The notes below the pieces were generated by a model. That model was not told where the DNA came from and did not search any database. It was given only the letters and a program-made list of their open reading frames with translations. A stretch of DNA of 64,000 nucleotides. It comes from Bdellovibrionota bacterium. GTDB lineage: Bacteria > Bdellovibrionota > UBA1018 > CAIPTA01 > JAALKR01. Shown here piece after piece: positions 10,298 to 20,724 of this stretch; the stretch's first letter is position 1, and each line of letters starts with the position of its first letter. The stretch lies in the NCBI GenBank assembly GCA_965207455.1, contig CBDBMJ010000001.1:768001-832000 (forward strand), read 5' to 3'. Both the position numbers and the translations under genes were made by a program.

Positions 10298-11401
10298 TTA
10301 GCTTTTTTCCTGTAAATCAAGAATTTTTGCTGCCTCTACTCTTGGATTGTGAATATTCAGGCAATCTGTAATTCCCTTTATCTCCACTCCTGCCTTTCTC
10401 GCATATATCATCATGGTTTTCATTTCCTTCCAGCCGCCCATGCTCATTACTTTTATTGCTGGTATTCCTTTGCTCAACATTATAGTTGCCCAAGTCGCCC
10501 TCAAATCATGAAATCGAACAGGAGGAAGTCCTATATTCAAAAGAAATACTTTTAAACATTTGGCTTGTCTTCCCTTATCCCAGCGATAAATTCTAGGAAG
10601 CACAAAATTCCCACTCTCTCTTTTAACTTTTAACTTATTTAGAATAGGCAAAAGATTAGGTGCTATCTCTATCATTCGGTCATCGCCAGATTTTGTAGAC
10701 TTAAAACCATCTTTATTGTTCCAAGCACAATCTACTAAAATTTGGCGATTTTCTAAGTTTACTTTATCCCAAGTAAGGGCGTACAATTCACCATTGCGTA
10801 AACCTGTATAGACTGCCATTGCCCATATTGAATACCATTCATTTTCCGTTAGCTTAGCTTCTGTTAGAAGTGTCCTTGCTTGATCAAGAGTCAAAACCTT
10901 TTTGATTTTATCTCCAGATCGAAAATTCATTTTTGGCGTTGGATTACAAGTAATATATCCTTGCTCTAACGAATAAGTCATTGCTCCACGAATGAATTTA
11001 AGAACACTTTTTTTATGTCCCTCTGACTTACCATCAAGAATTTCATTTATAACATAACGAATCTCACTACCAATAATTTCATTTACAAGCTTATCACCCC
11101 AAAGAGGTACAGTATGTGCTTGTAAACAACAAACGCAATTCTCAATACTTTTTTCTGAAAGTCCAGAATAACGCTGCGCCTCAGTATACTCATCTATAAC
11201 CTTTGCCCAAGTTGGAGTTGGATAAATAGTCATATTTACCTTTCTCTCTACAAGCATTATTAGCTTTCGTTCCATCTTTATTGCTTCGGCTTTTGTTTTT
11301 AGATTCTTTCTCATACATGAAGCTACTTTTTTAGCGGCTTTATTTCGTTTTGAAAACCAAACTGTCCATGTTTTCGTTTTATCATCTTTTTTCATACCCA
11401 T
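10298..11401 (-). CDS. int: tyrosine recombinase/integrase
   Basis: TGLRNGEL, TKSG, HDLR, GW and Y catalytic motifs. Confidence 0.95.
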   Translation of the reverse strand: MGMKKDDKTKTWTVWFSKRNKAAKKVASCMRKNLKTKAEAIKMERKLIMLVERKVNMTIYPTPTWAKVIDEYTEAQRYSGLSEKSIENCVCCLQAHTVPLWGDKLVNEIIGSEIRYVINEILDGKSEGHKKSVLKFIRGAMTYSLEQGYITCNPTPKMNFRSGDKIKKVLTLDQARTLLTEAKLTENEWYSIWAMAVYTGLRNGELYALTWDKVNLENRQILVDCAWNNKDGFKSTKSGDDRMIEIAPNLLPILNKLKVKRESGNFVLPRIYRWDKGRQAKCLKVFLLNIGLPPVRFHDLRATWATIMLSKGIPAIKVMSMGGWKEMKTMMIYARKAGVEIKGITDCLNIHNPRVEAAKILDLQEKS

Positions 11402-11402
11402 A

Positions 11403-11753
11403 TTAATCTCCTTTTGTTTTTAGGAGATGTATGCCATATAAATCAGAAAGCAGGTAGCGATTTCTGCTTCCAAGTTTATAAACCTGAACATTACCTGCAC
11501 TCACCATATTTAAAAGTGACTGAGTGGATAATCGCAAAAAGTCTGCTGCTTCCTGAGTTGTAAGAAACTGATCATTTTTGACTGTCAAAGAACGATTCCC
11601 ACCCGTAGCACAAGAACTACAAGTAGTAATATTAGTACTTTCATTAAATACCTTATTTCTTTTATTGTCAACTACTGTATTTTTAAAAATTGAATCCAAA
11701 TCTATGGACTCTCTGGCTAAACGCCTCTCTTTTTCTGTTCTTCTTTTTTTCAT
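11403..11753 (-). CDS. excisionase-like HTH_17 protein
   Basis: FLTTQEAADFLRLSTQSLLNMVSAGNVQVYKLGSRNRY; directly upstream of int. Confidence 0.8.
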   Translation of the reverse strand: MKKRRTEKERRLARESIDLDSIFKNTVVDNKRNKVFNESTNITTCSSCATGGNRSLTVKNDQFLTTQEAADFLRLSTQSLLNMVSAGNVQVYKLGSRNRYLLSDLYGIHLLKTKGD

Positions 11754-11964
11754 ACTTTCCTTTCTTCCCTACCCTCTCATAACCTTTAAAATCATTCTTT
11801 CTCTATTACACAGCAATCATTTATTAAAATTTGGAGAAAAAACGAACAAATAGATATGAAATGGTTGGGTATAAATAATTTTTTATTTTCTGTTATTTGT
11901 ACTAAATGGAAATATAGTTTAATAATAAAGTTTAGTATTTCTTAAATGCAGCCTGAATTTCATT

Positions 11965-12215
11965 TATAGTTACATTTTTTTTAGATTTTTTCAGTATTTC
12001 CTTGGCATAATCTATAGGGTTTTGGAGTTCGATTTGAATTTTCTTCATATTTTCTGAAAAATGTTTCTTTTAATAATTTAAAATGATCCAAGACAAGAAA
12101 TCTGCCCTCTTTATTTTTGATTAAATATTTTTATTTAGGGATTCCAGCATAGTTTTCAATGAATCATTAGATTCTTTTGTGATAGATATTTTTACCATTT
12201 TTTTTATTTTTCTAT
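11965..12215 (-). pseudogene. degenerate third copy of the 96-aa gene
   Basis: ggattccagcatagttttcaatga and flanks match 8630..8920. Start is ATA; there is an internal stop and indels. Ends approximate. Confidence 0.75.
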
Positions 12216-12254
12216 ATTTTCTCCTTTCTTAATTTATTTATCAGCACACAATGC

Positions 12255-12376
12255 CATACCTCACACAGAAGCACTGTCAAAGAATTGAATCTGATCAAGA
12301 TATTTGATTTACTACTCTTAAAAATGTAGCCATAGCCTCAGATCTGAAAATGTCAGAGACTTGTAAGAAATTATAG
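12255..12376 (+). pseudogene. XRE-family HTH remnant
   Basis: KHCQRIESDQDI*FTTLKNVAIASDLKMSE resembles the XRE C-terminal helices. Confidence 0.35.
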
Positions 12377-12597
12377 ATTCTCATTTTTCATGACTTTTAA
12401 AGATTTTTCTAAGCAAAATAGTAAGTTTATTTTTAGTAAGATTAGAAATTATCAACTTGCTCATAATATATGCCTGCTGCTATAAAGATAGTAATTGTTC
12501 TTGGTCGGTCACGATTACTATCGAACAGGTAGGGTTTGCCGTTAGACCGTCTTTGATAATCTTTAATGGCAAGTTATTGAAGTGACAAGAATAGAGT

Positions 12598-14313
12598 TTA
12601 ATCTCCAGTAGCACAGGCTTTCCCGAAAAAACTATCTCGATCATTAGAGCAAGTAATTTCGAGAAAAGAATTAGTATTACTAAAAATATCGCTAGAGTCC
12701 GTTATACCAGAAGTATCCCAACCAGATATATCAAGCGAAGTTAAACTTGAAGAATCAGCAAACATATGATTCATAGACAACACGTTAGAAGTATCCCAAT
12801 TAGATAAATCAAGCGAAGTTAAACTTGAAGAATCAGCAAACATATGATTCATAGACAACACGTTAGAAGTATCCCAATTAGATAAATCAAGCGAAGTTAA
12901 GCTTGAAGCACCCTTAAACATATAGCCCATACTACCCATTACACTAGAAGTATCCCAACCAGATAAATCAAGCGAAGTTAAACTTGAAGCACCTTTAAAC
13001 ATACCCCAAATATCCGTTACATTTTCTGTATTAAAACCAGATAAATCAAGCGAAGTTAAACTTGAAGCACCTTTAAACATAGAACCCATAACTGTCACAT
13101 TTGAGGTATCAAAATTAGATAAATCAAGGGAAGTTAAACTTGAAGCATAAGAAAACATACCCCTCATATCCATTACATTTTCTGTATTAAAACTAGATAA
13201 ATCAAGGGAAGTTAAACTTGAAGCACCATTAAACATAAAATACATATACTTTACTTTAGAAGTATCCCAACCAGATAAATCAAGGGAAGTTAAACTTGAA
13301 GCACCATTAAACATAAAACCCATAACTGTCACATTTGAGGTATCAAAATTAGATAAATCAAGCGAAGTTAAACTTGAAGAATCAGCAAACATAGTATTCA
13401 TATTCGTTACACTAGAGGTATCAAAATTAGACAAATCAAGGGAAGTTAAACTCGAAGCATTCCAAAACATATAACTCATATCAGTCACACTAGAGGTATC
13501 TGTATCGCCAACAGTAAATTTAGTGAGTCTCACACAATTAGAAAAAGCATTAGCTAAATTTCTCCAACCCATTCTTCCAAGGTTTTTTACTTCAATTATT
13601 TTACTTCCATCTCCTCCATAATTAAAATACAAAGTTGGCAATTTCCCATTTATTTTAATGGTATAGTTTCCTGTTGATCTATAAATATGAGTAAGATCAT
13701 TATCATAAGCAGTAACTGCTTGAAGTTCAGAGCCATCACCCCAATCAACAGTGAAATCATATTCAAATTCCTTTCCATTTCCATCATTCTTCCTCAGAGG
13801 AATGGTTGCAGTAAAATCTCCATCTCCATATTCTGAGTCTCCAACACGCCAAACAGATTCAAAACCACTATTAATAAATTCATAAGATATGCTATTGGAG
13901 CAAGGTGATGAATTTCCTGCTCGATCCGTTTGTTTTGCAGAATAAGTATAGGTAGCATAATTAACCAAAGCTGTAGATAGAGCCATTTCTATACTGGTTT
14001 CTGTTATTTTTTGACTCTGCGCCGAATCAGAACAATCTTCACTAGAATATAACTGAACTGTACCTCCAGTTTCTAAACCTGTAAGATTAAAAACAGGAGC
14101 AAAAATGCCAGAGGGAGTTGTGGTTCCTTGGGCTAATGCTATTGTTGGCGCTTCTGGTGCTATTATGTCTTCTGAAACATCATTGTCACTGCTATCATCA
14201 TTGACATTGACATTGCCATTGAGACTGCCACAGCCACTCAGTGCAGTCACAGAAAACAGTACCATTATGATGTATATATATCGTTTTAAAAAACTTATTT
14301 CAAATACACTCAT
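12598..14313 (-). CDS. BspA/DUF285 LRR surface lipoprotein with Ig-like stalk
   Basis: Lipobox LSGC, AKQTDRAGNSSPC, VDWGDG, about ten 26-aa LRR repeats and a Cys cap. Confidence 0.92.
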   Translation of the reverse strand: MSVFEISFLKRYIYIIMVLFSVTALSGCGSLNGNVNVNDDSSDNDVSEDIIAPEAPTIALAQGTTTPSGIFAPVFNLTGLETGGTVQLYSSEDCSDSAQSQKITETSIEMALSTALVNYATYTYSAKQTDRAGNSSPCSNSISYEFINSGFESVWRVGDSEYGDGDFTATIPLRKNDGNGKEFEYDFTVDWGDGSELQAVTAYDNDLTHIYRSTGNYTIKINGKLPTLYFNYGGDGSKIIEVKNLGRMGWRNLANAFSNCVRLTKFTVGDTDTSSVTDMSYMFWNASSLTSLDLSNFDTSSVTNMNTMFADSSSLTSLDLSNFDTSNVTVMGFMFNGASSLTSLDLSGWDTSKVKYMYFMFNGASSLTSLDLSSFNTENVMDMRGMFSYASSLTSLDLSNFDTSNVTVMGSMFKGASSLTSLDLSGFNTENVTDIWGMFKGASSLTSLDLSGWDTSSVMGSMGYMFKGASSLTSLDLSNWDTSNVLSMNHMFADSSSLTSLDLSNWDTSNVLSMNHMFADSSSLTSLDISGWDTSGITDSSDIFSNTNSFLEITCSNDRDSFFGKACATGD

Positions 14314-14364
14314 TTAAATACCCTTTTATTATCTTTCAAATCCAAAATTTAACAGCGCTACAAC

Positions 14365-14391
14365 CTTTCGGAACAATTTAGAATTACTTTA
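14365..14391 (-). promoter_or_regulatory. sigma28 (FliA)-type promoter of BspA gene 2
   Basis: Minus strand TAAA-N15-TCCGAAAG. Confidence 0.6.
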
Positions 14392-14544
14392 ATAAAAAAA
14401 ACAGGTAATTAGCATTTAAGCATAAGTAGTTCAGAAAACAGGTTTTTATGTAACCTTGAAACATGTACTATTTTATTGAAAAGGGTGTTAGGTTATCATA
14501 AGCACATACGAATATAAACCTATTTTCGATATATTAAGAGTTTA

Positions 14545-14835
14545 TTATTTCGTTTTAAGCATAGTTTTTATCTCACTTAAAGTTACTTTTCTTTTGGATT
14601 TTTGCAGTTCTTTTAGTATTGCTTTCGTGTAATCAATAGGATTTTGCGTTTCAGTTTGAATTTTTTTCATGTTATTTGAAAAATGTTTCTTTTGATAATT
14701 TAAAATAATCCAAGACAGAAGGTCTGTCTTTTTTATTTTTGCTTTAATATTTTTATTTAAGGATTCCAGCATAGTTTTCAATGAATCGCTGGATTCTTTT
14801 GTGAGGGATATTTTTATTATTTTTTCTTTTTCCAT
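14545..14835 (-). CDS. 96-aa basic protein, possible ribbon-helix-helix; paralog of 8630..8920
   Basis: Near-identical paralog, again directly upstream of a BspA gene. Confidence 0.75.
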   Translation of the reverse strand: MEKEKIIKISLTKESSDSLKTMLESLNKNIKAKIKKTDLLSWIILNYQKKHFSNNMKKIQTETQNPIDYTKAILKELQKSKRKVTLSEIKTMLKTK

Positions 14836-15001
14836 ATTCTCTCCTTTCTTGAATTTAATTAATCAGTTGAAGTTTTATTACGAATATAAATTATTCTAGT
14901 AAGCAGGTAAGAAATTTGACTTAAATTGACTAAAATAGAGCTTCTTATTATGCGCCTGATAGATAGAATATAAAAACCAAAAATTATCAAGGCAATATTT
15001 T

Positions 15002-18000
15002 CTATGGGATTTCTGCTGGAAAGGTTGGAATTAAAATAGGTATCAAACTATATTTATCAGATATATTTGAAAAACCCAATTGTCCAAAATAATAGTCATC
15101 TCCCCAGCATTTTACTGTGCCAGCTTCATTAAAAAGAGTGCTGACATCATCATCTAAAAGTGCGCAAGAATGACCATATCCTAAAGAAATTTGACTTACA
15201 TTGCTTAAGCTAGGAACTGTCACTGGCGTTTTATTACAATCCTTAATTGTGCCCCAAGGTCTACAGATATCTTCACTAACATTGCCCAACCGCCCCTCTC
15301 TGTTATCTCCCCAGCATTTCACAGTACCATCATTTAAAAGTGCGCAGGTTCGATTGCCTATCGTGGAAATTTGACCTACATCGCTTAAGCTAGAAATTTC
15401 AACAGGTCTGGTGCTATATCCTCTAGTTCTAGTGAGATTCAACAGCCCAAAAGATTCAGTTCCCCAGCATTTTACAGTGCCTCCCTCATCAATATCAGTA
15501 GTGTCAATATTATCATTTAAAAGTGCGCAAGTATGATCCGTTCCTCCCGAGGAAATTTGACTTACATTGCTTAAATAAAGAACTCCAACTGGCACACTGC
15601 TGCTATTTCTACTACCATCACCCAACTGCCCAAGATAATTATAGCCCCAGCATTTCACAGTTCCATCATTTAAAACTACGCAGGAGTGATCATATCCTAA
15701 GGAAATTTGACTTACATTGCTTAAATCAGAAACTATAACAGGTATTTTTCCATATACTCCACCCCAGCACTTCACTGTACCATCATTTATAAGTGCGCAG
15801 CTTTGAAAACGGTTTAAAAAAATTTGATTTACATTGCTTAAACCAGAAACTGCAATTGCTGTTCTACTACAGTGATATTTTCGGTAAAAGTAATTTAGCT
15901 TACAGATATCTGCACTAGTGGTGCCCAACTGCCCAACACTATTATTTCCCCAACATTTTACAGTTTTATCATTTAAAAGTGCGCAGGAATGATTATCTCC
16001 CAAGGCAATTTGACTTGCATCGCCTAAGCCAGAAACTATAGCTGATGTTCTTCTTCTTTCCTCAATACCTTCACCCAACTGTCCATATCTGTTATCCCCC
16101 CAACACTTTGCAGTTCCATCATTTAAAAGTGCGCAGGAGTGTCCACTTCCCACAGCAACTTGACTTATATTATTTAAGTCAGAAATTGCAACTGGTCTTT
16201 CGCTATTTCTAGAACTACCACCACCTAACTGCCCATATCTGTTATCCCCCCAACATTTTACTGTTTTATTATCTGAAATCATGCAGGTGTGATCACTTCC
16301 CAAAGCAAGTTGACTTATATTATTTAAACTAGAAGCTGTAACTGGTGTGCTACTACCTGTAAAACTACCATTACCAAACTGCCCATATCTGTTATCCCCC
16401 CAACATTTTACAGTGTTGTCATTTAAAACTACACAGGTGCGATTGCCTGCTGAGTAAATTTGACTTACATTGCTTAAATTAGAAATTACAACAGGTGCTG
16501 TAATAGCATATCCCAGAGCAACACCACCCACCTTCCCATAAGTGTCATCTCCCCAGCATTTCACACTCCCATCATTTAAAAGTGCGCAGGAGTGACTATA
16601 TCCCAAGGTAATTTGATTTACATTGCTTAAATTAGAAACTGCCGTTGGTGTGAAAACTGGTGCTCTCGTATTACCATTACCTAATTCTCCATGATGATTA
16701 CCTCCCCAGCATTTCACAGTCCCATCATTTAAAAGTGCGCAGTGGTGTGAATATCCCGAGTAAATTTGAGTTACATTGCTTAAATTAGGAATTATATAGG
16801 GTGTTTTTCCATGTCCTCCTCCTCCCCAGCATTTGACGGTTTTATCATTTAAAAATGCGCAGCTAACAGCGTCACCCAAAGCAAGTTGATTTACACCGCT
16901 TAAGCTAGAAACTGTAAGTGGTGTTTTGCTGCAAGAGTAAGCGTAATCATTCCCCCTAAAACAGATATCTGTACTAGTAGCACTTAAATTATGAGACGCA
17001 TTATTTCCCCAACACTTTACTGTACCCTCCTCATTACTAGGAGTACTGATATCATCACCTAAAATTGCACAAGTATGATTTTGTCCCAAAGCAATTTGAC
17101 GTACATTGCTTAAATCAGAAACTGTAAGTGGTGTTTTACTACAAGGGTAATCTTGATTATTATCGACAAAACAAGTATCCGAACTAGTGGCGCCCAACTG
17201 CCCAGAACTATTATCTCCCCAACATTTTACAGTTTTATCACTTAAAAGTACGCAAGAGTGCCTTCTTCCAGAAAAAATTTTCCTAGCATATTGTACAGCA
17301 GGCTCTCTTTGAACAACTTGATTACAGTTATTTTTTATTTTTGTCCAAATATTATTAGAACAGGAATATTGACAAGAACCTTCTGCCCTCATATAGACTT
17401 TCTCACGATTAATCCCCTCTCCTTCAAAGTAGAAATTAGAAGAAACATCTTGACAAGCTCCAAAGAAAGTCCCACTCTCAGAATATGATATTGAACAAGA
17501 TATACGATCTTCAGTAATAGATGAACTAGAATCAGATGCTGCAAAAGTTTTTTCGCTGCAATCAGTAAGTAATGTATATTCTATCTTTCGAGAACAATCT
17601 GATTCATTTCCTAAACTATCTATTTGCTTTGCGGAAAAATATTTAGTTCTATACTCGATTAAAGCTGATGATAAAATTATCTTCATCTTATTTCCTTCTA
17701 TGATCTTGTTTTCTACCAAAGCAGTACAATTCCCGTTAGAATATAATTGAACTGTACCTCCAATTTCTAAGTCTGCAATATTAAAAGCAGGATTAGAATT
17801 ATTAGAAGAGCTACTTCCTATAAGCGATAAAAGAGGTGTAAGAGCTGTTGTATCTAATTCATAATTCACTCCATTGGCAGTGCAATTTGATACATTTCCT
17901 GCTCGATCTATTTGTTTTGCATAAAAAGAATAAGTTATATCGCCACCATTCAAATCTGCATCGAGCTTTATATTATTATTAGTTTTGATTGCTGCTAATT

Positions 18001-18838
18001 CAGATCCAAAGCAACGCGAGTCTAAATATAATATGATGGTAGCTCCTGACTCTATATTTCCTAAACTAAAGGTGGGTCTAAGTTCATTTGAGGGACTAGA
18101 TGTTACTTGCAATAAAGTAGGCGTAAGAACTACCCTATCCAGCGTATAGTTGATACCTATAATTGCACATGGAGTTTTATTTCCTGCTTGATCGCTTTGC
18201 TTTGTATAAAAAGTATAATTACGATCTCTAGTTAGCGTGAGAGTAAGTTGCCCGTTGCTGATGGATTGAGTTGGCTTATCAGTGCAAGTGTCATCTATAA
18301 AAACCTCTATTATATCTCCTAATTCTATAGTGCCAGTAGTATTTAGCACAGGATTAGCAACATTTGATAGAGATTGAATAGTAAGTTCAAAAGAGACAGA
18401 TGGAGCTACGGTATCTAGCTTATATGAAATACCAGAAGAACAAGAAGAAATCTTACCATCTTTATTTGTCTGTTTCGCATAATAAGAATAATTACCATCG
18501 GTAGGGATTTCATTTAAAATAGTTAATCTTGTTATGCCAATACTAATAGGAGTAATTGAGCTTAAATCTATCCTAATATATTGAGTACAATTTGAATCAG
18601 AATAAATACCTACATCTCCACCAATTTCTAAATTTGCTACTTCAAATAACGGTTTTTTATTCATCGATGGAGTAGGAGTTATAAGCGATAAAATTGGCGT
18701 CTTTACTAAATTTTTTGAAGTAGCCTCATTACCGCTACCACAACCACTTAATAAAAAAACAGAAGATATCAGCAGTATTGCGCAATATAAATTTATCTGA
18801 AAAAATATCACTTTAAATAAAAATAGAAACTTATACAT
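15002..18838 (-). CDS. RCC1-repeat surface lipoprotein with four Ig-like stalk domains
   Basis: LLSGC lipobox; four KQxD/N-type Ig-like repeats; many HSCALLNDGTVKCWGxNxxGQLG RCC1 blades. Confidence 0.92.
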   Translation of the reverse strand: MYKFLFLFKVIFFQINLYCAILLISSVFLLSGCGSGNEATSKNLVKTPILSLITPTPSMNKKPLFEVANLEIGGDVGIYSDSNCTQYIRIDLSSITPISIGITRLTILNEIPTDGNYSYYAKQTNKDGKISSCSSGISYKLDTVAPSVSFELTIQSLSNVANPVLNTTGTIELGDIIEVFIDDTCTDKPTQSISNGQLTLTLTRDRNYTFYTKQSDQAGNKTPCAIIGINYTLDRVVLTPTLLQVTSSPSNELRPTFSLGNIESGATIILYLDSRCFGSELAAIKTNNNIKLDADLNGGDITYSFYAKQIDRAGNVSNCTANGVNYELDTTALTPLLSLIGSSSSNNSNPAFNIADLEIGGTVQLYSNGNCTALVENKIIEGNKMKIILSSALIEYRTKYFSAKQIDSLGNESDCSRKIEYTLLTDCSEKTFAASDSSSSITEDRISCSISYSESGTFFGACQDVSSNFYFEGEGINREKVYMRAEGSCQYSCSNNIWTKIKNNCNQVVQREPAVQYARKIFSGRRHSCVLLSDKTVKCWGDNSSGQLGATSSDTCFVDNNQDYPCSKTPLTVSDLSNVRQIALGQNHTCAILGDDISTPSNEEGTVKCWGNNASHNLSATSTDICFRGNDYAYSCSKTPLTVSSLSGVNQLALGDAVSCAFLNDKTVKCWGGGGHGKTPYIIPNLSNVTQIYSGYSHHCALLNDGTVKCWGGNHHGELGNGNTRAPVFTPTAVSNLSNVNQITLGYSHSCALLNDGSVKCWGDDTYGKVGGVALGYAITAPVVISNLSNVSQIYSAGNRTCVVLNDNTVKCWGDNRYGQFGNGSFTGSSTPVTASSLNNISQLALGSDHTCMISDNKTVKCWGDNRYGQLGGGSSRNSERPVAISDLNNISQVAVGSGHSCALLNDGTAKCWGDNRYGQLGEGIEERRRTSAIVSGLGDASQIALGDNHSCALLNDKTVKCWGNNSVGQLGTTSADICKLNYFYRKYHCSRTAIAVSGLSNVNQIFLNRFQSCALINDGTVKCWGGVYGKIPVIVSDLSNVSQISLGYDHSCVVLNDGTVKCWGYNYLGQLGDGSRNSSSVPVGVLYLSNVSQISSGGTDHTCALLNDNIDTTDIDEGGTVKCWGTESFGLLNLTRTRGYSTRPVEISSLSDVGQISTIGNRTCALLNDGTVKCWGDNREGRLGNVSEDICRPWGTIKDCNKTPVTVPSLSNVSQISLGYGHSCALLDDDVSTLFNEAGTVKCWGDDYYFGQLGFSNISDKYSLIPILIPTFPAEIP

Positions 18839-18893
18839 GGTAAATTCCCTTTAATCCACTTTTTAAACTAACCTGTTATTCAATACATAACAC

Positions 18894-18920
18894 TTTTCGG
18901 TTGAATACAAGATTTCTTTA
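18894..18920 (-). promoter_or_regulatory. sigma28 (FliA)-type promoter of the RCC1 gene
   Basis: Minus strand TAAA-N15-ACCGAAAA. Confidence 0.6.
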
Positions 18921-19013
18921 CATAAAAATAAGTAATAAAATAACGTGTAACAGTAATTAGAAAAACAGGTTTCCCAAACATCGCCATAAAACAATATCCT
19001 CTAAACTAGATTA

Positions 19014-20724
19014 CCTAAATTTGCCTCAAAAAGTATACACTACCGTTTTCGAAGCAGCTCTTTATTAACTGATTTTAAAATTTTTTCTTGACTCTTCGTA
19101 AAAGTGACAATTTTTGAAAACTCATATTTCTTTGAATTGCTCAAGTATATTTTATAAACACCCCCTAGTTCTTTCATCGCTTTTTCTGAACTAATCCCAA
19201 TTTCCTTTAATTTAAGCTTTAAAACAGAAAGTAATAAGTAAGATAAATAGCAAATAAAAACATGGGAAATAACCCTGTTATATAACCAATGACGAATAGG
19301 TCTAAGGTTTACAACACCCTTCAAACTTTTAAATGCCTTCTCTACAATATCTTTTTCAAAATACAATCTAACAACTTCCTTATTCGTAATATTCTTCGTT
19401 GAAAAAATACATGAATATCCATCGAACTCCTCGGCCACCTCTAATTCATTTTTTCTTACCCTGCCACTTGGACTAAGATATTTTTCAAGTCCTTTTTTTA
19501 TTGCTTTTCCTTTTTTAATAGAATCTTGGGCGTTTAATATTTCAAAATACCTAGATTCTTTTATATCTAATCGCATTCTTTCATTAAAGCAAACGATCAA
19601 CTTACCAGACACATTGCCTATTTTATGTTTTTTACTTACTGCGTAGAAGGAATTGTTTTTCTTTAATGCAACTCGATTAGAGATATTAACCATAGAATTA
19701 AATTTTATAATTTTTCGTATTATTTTTTTCTCTGTATTTCTTATTGCAATTCCACAAAGAATATTCTGACCTAATTTTTTGATATTTTTAATGTTCTCTA
19801 TAGAGGTGCAACCTCTATCATAAATAAGTGTGCCTGTTTTCATTCCATAAAATGAAAGCTCATCAATCAGGCAAGAAATCGTTTTACTATCATGAATATT
19901 TCCATCAAACGTCTTATGGAAAATGGGAATGCCTTCTTTTTGAGTTACGCCCAATCCTATTTGAATTAAGGGCCTGTTATTTTTTCCATCTTTGCTTTTT
20001 CCTAATTTAGCCATTTGGCATTTTGTTCCATAAAGATACGTGTTGGTTACATCATAAACTATTCCTGAAGATGCCAGTTTGCATTTGGATTTAACAGCTT
20101 GAAAAATATCTTTTTGCATTTGCTCTATCCTTGCATCGCTCAATGAGTCTAAGGCATGCAATAATCTTTTTTCTGTAAGCTCTTCCAAATTTAAAATTGT
20201 ATTTAAATCTGTTCTCTTAAACCAATCTGGCATATGATTTACGCTTTTATAATCCAGGCAATGTGCGTAAACCATACTTAATATCTCATTTGAATAGTCT
20301 CCTAGAATTTCGTGGAGACCTAAGTTTTTGGCAATATCATTCAGAACCAGAAGTGGACCATAGACTTTTACTGAGTCTACAGATAAATCTTTAGAGGAAA
20401 TAGAAATTACTACTTCATTGTCGACCTCTTTTCCAACATAGCGAATATGGCGTTGCACCACTTTGCCATTAATTTTTTTATTTTCAACTTCAGCCAAATA
20501 AACCTTATTTCCCTTTCGTATTTTTCTTATAAAACTCATCCTCATCCCTCCTAAGATAATAGCTTGGTAGTGTATATATTATACACTACCTCAAGCGTAA
20601 ATGTCAAGCAACTAAATATTATAAACGGTCCAAAAGATGCGATTTACAGAGGAAAGAAGACAGTTCCGGTATGAATTTTTGAAAGATTTTTCAAGTAGTG
20701 TATATTTTTTGAGGCGAATTCAGG
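19014..20724 (-). mobile_element. IS1634-family element, copy 1
   Basis: IRs cctaaatttgcctcaaaaagtatacactac / gtagtgtatattttttgaggcgaattcagg; 1711 bp, same as 44565..46275; flanks tagatta/ttaatta do not match. Confidence 0.9.
19040..20545 (-). CDS. IS1634-family DDE transposase
   Basis: YDVTNTY, GKSKDG, DRG and VEKAFKSLKG..LRPIRHW motifs. Confidence 0.9.
   Translation of the reverse strand: MRMSFIRKIRKGNKVYLAEVENKKINGKVVQRHIRYVGKEVDNEVVISISSKDLSVDSVKVYGPLLVLNDIAKNLGLHEILGDYSNEILSMVYAHCLDYKSVNHMPDWFKRTDLNTILNLEELTEKRLLHALDSLSDARIEQMQKDIFQAVKSKCKLASSGIVYDVTNTYLYGTKCQMAKLGKSKDGKNNRPLIQIGLGVTQKEGIPIFHKTFDGNIHDSKTISCLIDELSFYGMKTGTLIYDRGCTSIENIKNIKKLGQNILCGIAIRNTEKKIIRKIIKFNSMVNISNRVALKKNNSFYAVSKKHKIGNVSGKLIVCFNERMRLDIKESRYFEILNAQDSIKKGKAIKKGLEKYLSPSGRVRKNELEVAEEFDGYSCIFSTKNITNKEVVRLYFEKDIVEKAFKSLKGVVNLRPIRHWLYNRVISHVFICYLSYLLLSVLKLKLKEIGISSEKAMKELGGVYKIYLSNSKKYEFSKIVTFTKSQEKILKSVNKELLRKR

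Noticed and set aside
4236..17250. CRISPR array in the periodic regions
   Set aside because: The periodicity is in-frame coding LRR/RCC1 repeats; there are no unique spacers or cas genes.
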